Shown: positions 12,678 through 23,857, counted from the first letter of the whole stretch. The stretch is 63,072 nt of DNA, filler included, from Guillardia theta CCMP2712 (GCF_000315625.1; 8 parts of 8 records of this genome joined end to end with filler, not necessarily neighbours in it); one strand, 5' to 3'. The notes: generated from the letters alone by a model not told the origin. A program made the numbers and translations.

Positions 12678-14889
12678 ATGGTGAAACATCAGCTCGAGGA
12701 CCGTGACGATGGGGAGGAGAGGAAGCAGCCACGCAAGGAGCGAACGATGAACATCACAGAGCATGCTTTCAAGGACACAGAGAATGAGAGCATGGCAACA
12801 GAGCTTGAGATCAAGGACACAAAGGAAAAGATCACGGCAACAGAGCTTGAGATCAAGGACACAAAGGAAAAGATCAAGGAGACAAAGAAACAGATCACGG
12901 CAACAAAGCTTGAAATCAAGGGTGCAATGGCAAAGATCACGGCAAAAGAACTTGAGATCAATGAAAAAAAGACGAAGATTGAGGAAATCGAGAGACAGAT
13001 TGTAGACCGGAGGAGGCAGCAAGAAGCGGAAGATGCGAGCATGAATACAGAGTCCGTGGATTTTGATGAGCTTGTACGGCATCTGCAAAGAGACAAGAAG
13101 CGACTTGAAGGAGAAGAAAAGCGACTTGAAGGAGAAAAGAAGCTACTAGAAAAGGGTTTGGAGCTACTAGAAAAGGACATGACGCGACTAGACAGGGATA
13201 TGGAGCGACTAGACAAGAACATGGAGCGACTAGACAAGGACATGGAGCGACTAGACAAGAACATGGCGCGACTAGACAAGAGCATGGATGCACTCAGAGA
13301 GAAGGAGAGGTGGTTTTGGGAACCTGGCAGAGCGCCAGTGTCTTCATGGAAGGGGTCAGATGCTCGGCTGGATTGGATGGGATTTCGCGAGGAGAAGAAG
13401 CTCTTCCGTCTCGATGGCTCTTACTTGCAATACGAAGGAGGTGGCAAGGAGGAGGAGCTTTTTCTTTACTGCCGGGAATCCTTCGTGAAGCAGCATCGCT
13501 TCTTGCAAGAGGAAGTGCTTGACAATCAGGCTCTTGGGTGGATCCTGGGGCCTCCAGGATCTGGCAAGACGACGACGTCATTTGCGTTCTGCGTATCGCT
13601 GGATATGGGGAAGTGGAGCGTAGCCTTTGTCAGGCTGTTTTTTGACGGCTCAGTCAAGTTCATGCGGATTATAGGCAACCAGATCAAATCATGCTGTTTC
13701 TCGGCGTACTACGCAACACAGGCCTTTCACAATATTCTTTGTGGATGGCGCGACGACAAGAAGCTTCTGCTCTTGATAGACGGCTACTGGAGTCACATCG
13801 AGGCTCACCAACATGTTTTGTCCGTGTGTTCTCATTGGCGTAACCAGAGACGAGAAGATCGAAGGCTGGTTGTCGTGACTTCGATGTCGTCCCGGGGCCC
13901 GAAGACCAAGGTCCACTTGGATAGAGAGTTTAACGTTAAGCAGCACTTGGTCGATTCTTGGACGATAGAGGAATACCTAGAAGCAGTGAGGTTCGACGCG
14001 GTGTATAAGCGAGTTGAACCGTTCTTAGAGATGAATGTGAGCAAAGACCAGTTGGGCTTCAAGGTACCAAGAGAGCAGGGGGGTAGAGAAGATCGCGTGA
14101 GGAGGAAGCACTATCTCGCTGGTGGCTCATGCCGGTACATGTTCGACATGACTTCAGCCGATGTGATTGAGGAACTCAATCTAGATTCGATCTCTGCGAA
14201 CAGCCTCGAGATGGTCTTGGGGGGGGGGGGGCGTTGGCGAGCATTCGCTACATGCCGTGAATAGCCTGAGAGCACATTACCATGATGGTTGCAAGCCTTA
14301 CTCCTTGCCAGTGAGCAGGTATGTCGGTATGGAGCTTGCGAGGAAAGTGGAGACATCAAAGTTGTCTCAGTTTCTATCGTGGTATGGTGCAAGTACCGCA
14401 GCCTTGAAGTGCCACCTTTTTCAGATGCTATTCTTCCAAGCCATGGAGAGGACAGGGCTGACGGTGAAATACGACAAGTCAGGTCAGACCGTTCATTGGG
14501 ACGCATGCCTCGTGAAGATCTTCGATCCGAGGAAAAGCAAGAAGACTCTTCCTAGCTGCAGGACATGCTTTAGGCCGATCAGTGAGAATCAGGGAGGCTA
14601 TGACGCTGTGTTTGTAGACCTACCAAGCAAATGTGCACAGTTTGTGCAAGTAACAGTAGCAAAGCAGCATGACTTCAAGCTCCGCTACTTCCCGGAGGCT
14701 CTTATCGCTCTTGGCATTCTCCCCGGTCATGGTTGGACGGTAAAAGTTGTTTTGCTTATCCCGCAAAACAGGGTGAGGGAGTTCAAGATCAGCTGCGTTG
14801 ATGACCGTGGGAAGCTGAAGGAGTATGGATGGGAGGGAGGACAGGAAGAAACAAATGTGGACATAGCGAGTGTTCTTCTCGAGCATTAG
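12678..14889 (+). CDS. Crinkler/RHS (CR)-type effector: coiled coil + P-loop NTPase + restriction-endonuclease-fold domain, frameshifted at a G-run
   Basis: LYCRESF, GWILGPPGSGKTT (Walker A), LLIDG (Walker B), SWT.EEY..A, HYLAGGSCRYMF. Frame change at the G-run ~14219-14231, then NQGGYDAVFVD..QFVQVTVAKQHD (PD-(D/E)xK-like). Intronless. Confidence 0.8.
13177..13285 (+). repeat. 21-bp coding tandem repeat (DMERLDK heptads)
   Basis: About 5 copies of gacatggagcgactagacaag. Also 42-bp repeats (ITATELEIKDTKEK) at ~12790-12960. Confidence 0.85.
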
Positions 14890-14994
14890 GATGTGCCCAT
14901 CTGATGGTGTCCATTTCAAAAATGACCACTTGTGAGAAGCAAGCAAAGTAGACAGGGAGGGTCAGAAGCTGCGATACAACCTATGCTCAACACT

Positions 14995-15150
14995 CGCCAA
15001 GGTTCCTGGCAGTAAAGAAATAGCACTCTTCTATTGCCCCCTCATCACTCTGGATAGCACTTTCCCCTTGAGCTTCCCCCTTCTTCCCTTGGGGATGTTG
15101 GCGAGCATTCGCAACATGCCGCGAATTGCCTGAGAGCGCGTTGCTGCTGT
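14995..15150. pseudogene. Scrambled fragments of a CR-effector paralogue
   Basis: 15097-15138 matches 14233-14272 in direct orientation. ~15005-15030 is the reverse complement of the tttctttactgccgggaa segment at ~13460. Confidence 0.6.
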
Positions 15151-15289
15151 GATGCAAATAACAGTGGCTGATACTATTGTGGCTCATGAAAATTTCAATA
15201 CTTTGGAGTGTAGTTTGTAAGCTGTTGTCTCGAATTGTAAGGGATTCTTGCAGAAAGGAAGTGTTGCAGGCATGAGATATTTTGCAAAC

Positions 15290-15737
15290 ATGCGGATGCC
15301 TTCGTTGAGAGAGGAGAACTCCCCAGGATTCACCTGGATGGGAGGTCATGACGTGAACCCTCGTCCTCCTGCAGCACCTGCAGCCTCGTCTTGACGACAT
15401 CAAGTGGGACCGTCACCAAGTGCGTGAGGGATGCGCAGAAGCCTCCGGCAGCAAACAGCTTCGAATACTTCTCAAAGTCCATCTTGGAGGCGACAGCCTT
15501 GGCCACCGCCGCCTTTGCCATGTGGAATCTTTCTCCCAGGTTTGCCTTATTCAATTGCTGAGGAAAATTCAAGATGCTGTTGGCGTCTTGAGATCGTGAT
15601 TTCAATCCGAGGAAGCCCGCATCGGGGTTCCCCAGCGGGAAGGACATGGTACCCGCGCAGTAGGCATATTGCGCGAAGAACAGGGCGGCGGAGATGATCC
15701 TCAACGAGAGATGCGAGAAAGCACGCATCATCCTCAT
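15290..15737 (-). pseudogene. 5' fragment of a phosphate-carrier-like mitochondrial carrier family gene with signal peptide
   Basis: FAAGGFCASLTHLVTVPLDVVKTRLQ | VNPGEFSSLNEGIR (PxDxxK motif). No further carrier repeats are visible downstream. Confidence 0.65.
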
Positions 15738-15894
15738 AAGATATCAATGAAGTGTGTCAGATAATCTGTTGTGCTTCTCCAGTGAATCTGACCGGCGGGC
15801 TACTTCGCAACGGTTCGAGATCAGCGCCTTGCTGCACATGAAATGTCAAAGTTGCTCTCTAGGACTCCGACTGAAAGTTGCAAAGGAAATCATT

Positions 15895-16420
15895 GAAGCC
15901 TGATCGGACGGGGAGTCCAGTGTACAACGATGGGCCAGCGGCCGCGGCCGGCCCTGACTACCGTACGCCGACTCCGGGGCCGCCGACTTGCCCGGCCGCA
16001 GTGCCACCCCGTTCCGAAAGTCCGACTCAATCTTCAAAGGCTTACCTTTACTCAAAGTTAGGGCCGCACGGTCCGATGAGATCCGACTCGTGACCGTTTC
16101 TGCCAGCCGGGCCGGGCGGGGCCGCTGCCCGGCGGGCGGGGCCCGGGCCCGCCCGGCGCCGGGCAGCGGCCCCCCCAGGGCCAGTGACTCGGACTCCGGG
16201 CAAGCCTTTAGTGGCAAGAAGAGACTTAAAAGTCTGGCAGGCGAGAAGAGACTCAAAAGACAGCGCTCCGACTCGGAGAGCCAACCGTTGAACCCTCATC
16301 CTGGGCCGACCGTCGGACTGCTGTCCGGAAGTTGACGTCAGTGATTCGGATCAGTCACTCGGATGGAGCCTTAGTTCCCCGGGCCCCGGCGCGCCTCATC
16401 GCCGGGTCTGACGGCTGCTA
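15895..16420. repeat. GC-rich intergenic island
   Basis: Contains TTTACTCAAAGTTA (16047) and an insertion-riddled copy of the gcgagaagagaaaagacagcgaga... core (16241). Confidence 0.55.
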
Positions 16421-16978
16421 GGCTAGCACTCAGATTTCAAAGTCTCGATTGGCATAGGAAAGCCTCCGAGTTGCGGTCCTAGCAAAAGACCTAGGGGGCC
16501 TACTAGAAAAGGACGGATCTCAATTAGGAGGAGGTAGGGGTGATTGAGTTGTTTGGGGAACGGGGCTGTACCGATCTATAATCGAGAGGGTACGAGCATA
16601 TCATTTTTGTAGTTGAGGACAATAGAGATAATAAAGAGCTAGTATCATAGAGGAAGAGAGCGTTTCAATGGGGGAATACCTCATGGGGTGGTTGGGTAGA
16701 GGTGGCTTGATATACGGTAGGTAGTAGGGGTAAGGAGGATCCCCTGGGGACGGAAAGCCTGGTGGAACAATGAGTGCGAAATTTGGAAGGGGGAGCTGAT
16801 GGGGACGGAGAAGGAGGAGGAGGAGGAGGCGAAACATGGCAGGAAGATAAAGAAGCAGAGGGGGTTGAGAGCAAGAGAGGTCTGTAAGGGAATGCGGGAC
16901 TGAGCACAGCCCCATGGGAATGGGATGAAATGATAGGATGCGAATTCGGAATGTTTTGACCCTGTCTTTGCGAATCAG

Positions 16979-19900
16979 ATGGCCTTCAAGTCACCACAGA
17001 AGATTGCAGCAAACAACGTCAACGATGATCATTGGGCGATTGCAGCTCACGGTATGTTGGCACCTGCTGCTGGGTCGATCGAGCAAGGCGATGATTACTG
17101 TCACAGGTGGAGCCGGAGCCATCAACGACGTGGCTTCTATTCCTGCCAGGCTCCAGGAGTTCTCTGCTGCTTTCGAGAAGGGGATCTCAATGCTCAAGGA
17201 AGGAGCTACGGCGATCGAGGTGGTGCAGGAGGTGGTTGTTATGCTAGAGGACTCCGCGTACTTCAATGCTGGGCGCGGATCTGTATTCACGAACGCAGGA
17301 ACGCATGAGATGGACGCGTCGGTGATGGACGGCACGACGGGGAACGCTGGTGCCGTCTGCAATGTTAGCAACGTTAGGAACCCTGTCCGGCTCGCCCGAG
17401 CGGTCGCAACGAGCACTCAGCATGTCCTCCTTTGCGGGTCAGGAGCAGAGAGTCTCGCACCAAACCACGGGATCCGGATCGAGGACAACCATTACTTCTT
17501 CACCAACGAGAGATACGAGCAGCTGAAGCTGGCGAGGATTCAGAAGCGGGTTGTGCTCGACCACGGTACGGAGATGGAGCAGCACTCTGGCAGTGTGGGC
17601 ATTGCCGCCCCTTCAATCTTCTCGCATCTCGGCATCGATTCGGAGGGGAAGAAGCGTTACCTTTCACCCCTTGACACCAACAGGGACGGGAAGAGAGCAA
17701 AACCCAACGAGATCTCAAGCCCGGGGTCGGGAGGAGACACAACCCCCCTCCTCGGTCCGCAGTCTCATTCCGAGTTTGGAGATCCCAACCCTATCGACCT
17801 GTCACAAGGTTCAGCTAGCAGGAGATTCGGGTTGCGTCTAATGGTGTTGCATGCCAGGGGGTTGGGCAGCAGAGCACAAGTTTGGGACTGTTGGATGCGT
17901 TGCAAGGGACAAGTACGGAAATCTTGCAGCTGCAGGTTGATTTCGCTGCCCTTGCTCCTCGCCCCTCTCCCCTCGCCCTGCCACGGCCCTCTTGACTAGC
18001 AGCCTGCACCTCCCTGAGGCTGTGACAGGGAGTACGGGAGGGCTGACGAACAAGCAGCCGGGAAGAATAGGAGACACGCCGATCATCGGAGCAGGGATCT
18101 ATGCCAACTCCACTACATGTGCGGTTGCCTGCACCGGGCAGGCACGAAGACCTTTCTCTTCACGCATAGAACGACTGATATCTGAGTCAGGGAGAGACTT
18201 TTATCAAGAACTGTGTCGCGCATGACGTATACGCTAGGATGAACTACCAGGTGCCTGAGCTCGTTGACCCTCCTGTCCTGCTGACCCTGTGGGGTGCCAC
18301 CCAGGGCCTCCCGCTCGCTGCTGCCATCGACGAAGTGATTCTGAATGTGCTGCCCCCGGAGACTGGAGGGATGATTGGAGTAGACTCCAACGGCAAGGTG
18401 CATGCGAGCTACAACACCGCAGGGATGTTCACAGGTGAGGTGTCCTCATTAGCACTGGTGGAGGGGAAGGGAGGAGAGAGTGAAGCTATGGGAAGAGAGG
18501 CAGGCGAGGTAAGGTGAGCAGAAAGGAGAGAAGCAGAGAATTTCAGGAGGGGAAGGGACAGGAGGAGGAGGAAGAGGAACGAAACAGGGAGTAGCAGGAG
18601 GGGAGGGCAGGGGAGGGCAGGGGAGAGTTTCGCAAGAGAGTTGTTCGATCTAGAGCAGGCAGGGCTCGTGACGTGTCGCTTGTTTGCAGGGTTGGCCGAC
18701 TACACCGGGAGGCATGAGACATGGCACAAGGTAGGAGGGAAGGGAGAGAGAAATGGGGACTGACGAGCCGGTCGAAGAAACACGAGCAAGCGGAGCAGAC
18801 GATGCAGGAGCTCAAGATTGTACCTGAGTTCATCGACGACTTCAAAGTCCTCGGCTTGCTCAAGGTTGGAGAGAAGAGGAGGGGGCGAGGGAGGGAGAGA
18901 GGCAAGGAGGGAGCGAGGGAGGGAGAGTGCATGACTGTATTGGGAAGGTCTGGTATCATCAGCGAACAGGAGCAGTCTCGCGGGTGTGCTTTTCTTTCCT
19001 CCTCCCGCGCCTCCTGACGGCTGCGCAGGTCTTCCTCAACGTCTCGGGAGGAAAGAGACTTACAACATCGCAAACGAGGCTGCAACCAACCGTCTTCTTC
19101 CCTGGTATCCCTGGCTTGTCCCTTCCTCTCCTTCCCTCCCCGCCCTTTCCCTTTCTCTCATCCCCTCTTTCCTCCCCTCTCTCTTCCCCTCCTCTGCTCT
19201 GATCTGATCTGATCTGCTCTGCTCTGCTCTGCTCTGCTCTGCTCTGCTCTGCTCTGCTCTGCTCTGCTCTGCTCTCCACTTCTGCTACCTCCCCTCCCCT
19301 CCCGTTCCCTGTCTCGCACGTCTGGTTGCCCATCCTCTCCTGCAAGTCTCTCAACTCACGGGCAGGGACCGGCCACTCGACTCTCCCGAGCTTGCACACC
19401 CTCATCATGGTCTGCCTCGACAGCCTGCGAGGAGGCGTCACCCTCCACTGGTGCGTGGGCAACATCCCCGAGGCTAACGTGCACGAAGGAGAGGTAAGGA
19501 CAGGCCCAGGCTGGTGCTCTCCTCTCCTCCTCGAGCATCCCCTCCTCTTCTTCTCGCTACAACGATCGTCTGCCCTCCTTTCATCACCCTTCTTCCCACC
19601 TTCCCCCTCCTGCCGCGACTTCTTCTCTCCTGTCTCGTCCTGTCTTCTCTTTCCGTGACCGAACGGCAGGCGGTGGTCCCGTACCTCGAGCCTGATCCTG
19701 CCTACGACGACAGCGATCCTCCCGTCAGATTCGTCTTCCTCCTCTTCCGCCATTCCCACGGCCTCAAGCCCACAGAGGTGACCTAACTTTCCCCCTCCTC
19801 ATCTGCTCACAGGCACGGCAGTTCGAACAGATCACGCGCAAGGACTTTGACATTCGTCAGTTCGCCTCCAAGCACGAGTTCCTTCCCATCATGTGCACCT

Positions 19901-20623
19901 CCTTCAGATGCGGGAAGCGACCGCAATCAGTGTGAGGTGTCGAGGCTCCTTCCTCTGCCTCATCCTCCTTCTCCCCACTTAACTCCCACAGGAGATTTCA
20001 GCGACCCGACCGAGGATGAAGCTTTCATTACGATAAAGAGGAAATTGCCTCCCACTCCCTCCTTACAGCTCCTGCATCACTTGAATCGCTCGCTTCAGGG
20101 CCTGCAAAGAAAAATCATCCTCCTCCTCCTACTACTCCTCCTCCTCCTCCTCCCTCCTCCTTCCCTCCCTCTTACCTTCACGCGCTCTTGCACCTCCTTC
20201 CTCTTTCGGAAGACCTGGCACATGACAGTCAACGATCCTCTCCCTCCTCTCTTTCCTCTTTGACCTCCTCAGACTCGCGCGTGAGCTCGGCAAGAACCTC
20301 ATCGTTGTCAGTGTCGATGGACTCCATGAGGTGAGGGTAGAGGTGATCCTGCAGCGAGTTGACCTGCTGCATCGTCATGGAGGACCACGACAGCGCTGGC
20401 GAAAGGGGAAGGAAGGCGGGGGGGGGGGGGGGGGGGGGGCGGTGAGGTTGGAGANNNNNNNNNNNNNNNNNNNNNNNNNNNNNNNNNNNNNNNNNNNNTT
20501 AATTAATTAANNNNNNNNNNNNNNNNNNNNNNNNNNNNNNNNNNNNNNNNNNNNAGCTCCTCCTCTTCCATCCCTTCCGACCTCCTGCTGCAGATCTGGA
20601 GGAAGCACTTCAAGACCCACTGA
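16979..20623 (+). CDS. Type-2 (Ntn) asparaginase/isoaspartyl peptidase fused to a C-terminal PEBP-like domain
   Basis: [35 protein letters not shown] (catalytic Thr), [17 protein letters not shown]. Continues in frame into [44 protein letters not shown]. Terminal exons beyond ~19860 are uncertain. Confidence 0.85.
19201..19275. repeat. (GCTCT)n microsatellite in intron
   Basis: Direct observation. A similar (AGAGC)n lies at ~29010-29065. Confidence 0.9.
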
Positions 20624-22378
20624 AGCCTGGGGGAAGTGAAGTGACAAGCTGAGCAAACAAACTCCCTCTCATTCTTTTGCCTCTCTCCTCCCTCCCTCCC
20701 TCCCTCCTCCTCCCCCTCCCTCTCCCCTCCACGTTTCGCCTCTCTCAGCTTCCTCCTCCTCCTTCTCACCGCCATTCCGCGAGGGTGCTGCACTTCCCCC
20801 TGTGCTTGACTGCTCGAGAGATTCTTCCAGTAGTTTCGACTCTCCAGCTTTTCTGCCAGGAAACAAGTCAGCGACGTGAGGAGAAGCAGCAGAGGAGCTC
20901 AGAGCTGAAAGTTGACACCTTGCGACTCACTCATGATTCCTCACCGTCTTGCCTCTTCCTCTCCTCCTCTCCTCCTCTCCTCCTCTCCTCCTCTCCTCTT
21001 GCTCCCCCTCGCTTCCATCCACTCCCTCCTGCTAGCTCTCTCCTGCTCACCTTTCCCATAACCCGCCAAGATCCGGTGCTTCTCCCCTATCATCTTCTCC
21101 TTCGCGTAATCCCAGGGGATAGGAGGAGCAGCGTTGAGAGGATGGTTCGGATCGTTCAAGTCCCCCGTTAGCGTCAGCATACCATCCTCCACGTTAAACC
21201 CCAGTAGCTGCCCCATCCTCTCCCAACCCGCCAACTCCTGCCTTGCTCCCTGCCCCTCCTCTCCCTCCTCCATGTTGGGCTGGTCTGGGAAACGAGCGAA
21301 GTCCTGCGGGGTGAAGTCGACCCTGTTCTCCATGGCGTGGTCGATCAGCCATGGCCGCCTCCTGGCATCACTGTGGTACTTCCTTTTCAGCTCCTGCACC
21401 GTCCTGTTGGGAAACAGGTTCCGCTGCAGGAACTGAAAGTCAGAACCGAAGCTCCGGAGCCCCCAGTACAGCCGGTTGCTCTCCAGCACCGTCCAGCCCT
21501 TAGTCTTGAGGTTTTGATACCTGCAGGAGGAGGCGAGGCAGGGGGAGGGAGGAAGAGCAGAAGTCAATCCAAGGCAGTAAGCAGGACCAGGACAGGAGGC
21601 ATGGACACAGAGCAGGGCAGGAGAATAGGACAGGGGAAGGGGAGAAGAGTCTGGTGCAAGAAAGGGGACAGGAAGCAGGAAGCAGGAAGCAGGAAGCAAG
21701 GGGAGGGACAGGAGGAGGAGCAGAGAGGAGGAGATGCTACCTCGAACCAAAGTCCATGATGTCCGTCAATCTTCTGAACTCAGGGTTCTCCTCGGAGATA
21801 GAGATGTCCTCCAGACCCATCTCATCCATCGTTTCCGGAATCTCCTCCTGCTCCTCCTTCTTGCGATGATGCCGCGCCTGCTTCTCCATCTCATCCAGCA
21901 TATTCATCATTGGCATATCCTCCTCCTCCTCCTCCTCCTCTCCTCCCTCCCCCCCGCCTTCTCCTAGCTCTCCTCCTTGTTCCTGTCCTGTACCAAACGC
22001 GTATTGAGACTGAAATTCCTTTCCCTCTTCAGGAGCTGTCTCTCCTACCGCCCCTGCCGCCCCTGCCGCTCCTCCAGCTCCCCCATCTTCCCCCGTTGTC
22101 GCAGCCGCAGCAGCAGCAGCAGCAGCCGCAGCAGCTGCAGCTGCTTCTCCTCCTCGGTAAGCGTCATGCTGCAAGTCGTCTGCTCCTCCTTTCAATCTCA
22201 GCGCCTCACTTCTCATCGCGCAGACTGTGCACCAATCCCTCCTCCCACCAGACTGAGCCCTTGCACCATCCGCTCGAGCTCCTGACAGCACGGACATTGT
22301 CTCGAACTTGGTGACAAGGGTGACTGGAAGGGAGGTCAGCAGGAGAAGGAGCGTTGCAGAGAATGTCGTGCAGCGCAT
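20555..22378 (-). CDS. Bdp1 (TFIIIB B'')-like SANT/Myb protein with signal peptide and LRLKGG leader; 3' end uncertain
   Basis: WTVLESNRLYWGLRSFGSDFQFLQRNLFPNRTVQELKRKYHSDARRRPWLIDHAM matches the Bdp1-type SANT pattern. N-terminus MRCTTFSATLLLLLTSLPVTL. Confidence 0.75.
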
Positions 22379-22619
22379 GGCGGTAGAACGATGTTGGCGA
22401 TTCTCACACAACAGGTTTGGAATCATTGGCATGTCATGATCAAGGCACAAAACGTGGGCCTTCGTGGAGCTCTGTCGTCCCACTCCCTCTCGGCTTCATC
22501 TGCACATCCCTTGCTTCAGAAAATGCTTCCATTGCTCCCGGTTGTCTTCCCCGTCTCTGCTCTCTATCCCTCTCTCCCTTCCCTTCTCTCCCCAACCCGC
22601 CTCGCCAGGACCTTCGGAG

Positions 22620-23230
22620 CACTGACAGCCGCGCGGTCCCGGGCCCGCCCGGGCGGGGCCCCGGGGCGGGCGGAGTGCGGATCCGATGATCATGCCGACT
22701 CGGAGCCCGGCCCGGCGGCCCCCGGACCGGGACTCGGGACCGAGGCCTCCGGCCAGGTATCATGGCACTGAGTTACTAGTCACAGTAAGTTTGGGGGATA
22801 GCAATCGGCGCGGCAGGTGCCACGTTGGCCCCCGGACCGGGTTTTTTCTCTTGTCCGATGGTCGCCCGGCCCGGCGTTTGGCCTCAGTGCGACCGGCGGC
22901 GTGCACGATCGGACGGCGCGCCGGCCGTGTGGCCGGCCCCCGCACTGCGGCAGAGTCCGATCAAGCCTCAGGGGCTCCTGCAGTCGGACGGTCGACTCTC
23001 GTGATGCCGTCCTTGTCGGACGGTCACTAGTACTTCATAGTCATTTTAACTGGACGGAACACGGAACATGGGCCTGAGAGTCAAAGACTGAGACTCTTGA
23101 CCCTGACACGGTCCGTCGCCGTGCACAGGCCAAACGACGACTCGCAAGAGAAAGACAGCGAGAACCAAACCCAATCCTGCCGACTGCTGTCCCCCAAACT
23201 TGGTCAAAACACTGAGACCGTCGGGACGAT
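22620..23230. repeat. GC-rich intergenic island between divergent genes
   Basis: Contains the core agagaaagacagcgagaaccaaacccaatcctgccgactgctgtcc (~23147), shared with 12473 and 16241. Confidence 0.55.
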
Positions 23231-23407
23231 TTACCCCTCAGAGAGTTCAACTGTCACGTTACGGTCACGTTACCGTCAGTTAATTCCTGCTCGACTTTGA
23301 CTGTCTGAGATTGGCAACATGAATCCTTTCGTAACTCCTGAGCAAGCTTCCCCGTCTCAATCTGAATTCCTTCCACTCCCCTCCCTTCCTGTGACTCCGT
23401 CTCCTCC

Positions 23408-23857
23408 ATGAAGACTCCCCTCTCCTCTGTCACCACCGTCTCCCCCCGCCCTCGCAGCAGCCTGCCCCTCGCCCCCTCCCCTCCTCCCCCCGTCACCCTC
23501 GACATGGAGACGCTCAGGCCGCTCTTCCGTCTGCCTCAGCCTGTCGCTGCTCGATGTCTCGGGGTCTCGCTCTCCTCCCTCAAGCTCGCTTGCCGCCGCC
23601 TGGGCGTACAAAGGTGGCCGTACAAGGCCGCGAGAGCCCCGGCCAAGCCGCCGACCTCAGCGCCCCAGGGCTGCAGCCAAGCAGCGCCCCAGGGCTGTAG
23701 CTCGGGAGGCCGCGGCCCGGCAGACAAGCCCTCGGGCTGCACGTACCGGAGGCTGAGGTGGATCGACCTGGGGCTCTTCGACCTGCTTGAGGACAGCATG
23801 AAGCACGTGGCGGGGACGGGCTTCCTGGTGGAGGGCCGGGGAGGCAGAGGGAGATGA
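23408..23857 (+). CDS. RWP-RK domain transcription factor
   Basis: LRPLFRLPQPVAARCLGVSLSSLKLACRRLGVQRWPYK. Intronless 149 aa. Confidence 0.9.
   Translation: MKTPLSSVTTVSPRPRSSLPLAPSPPPPVTLDMETLRPLFRLPQPVAARCLGVSLSSLKLACRRLGVQRWPYKAARAPAKPPTSAPQGCSQAAPQGCSSGGRGPADKPSGCTYRRLRWIDLGLFDLLEDSMKHVAGTGFLVEGRGGRGR

Noticed and set aside
12579-13293. Minus-strand ORFs over the CR header
   Set aside because: Antisense shadows of coding tandem repeats.
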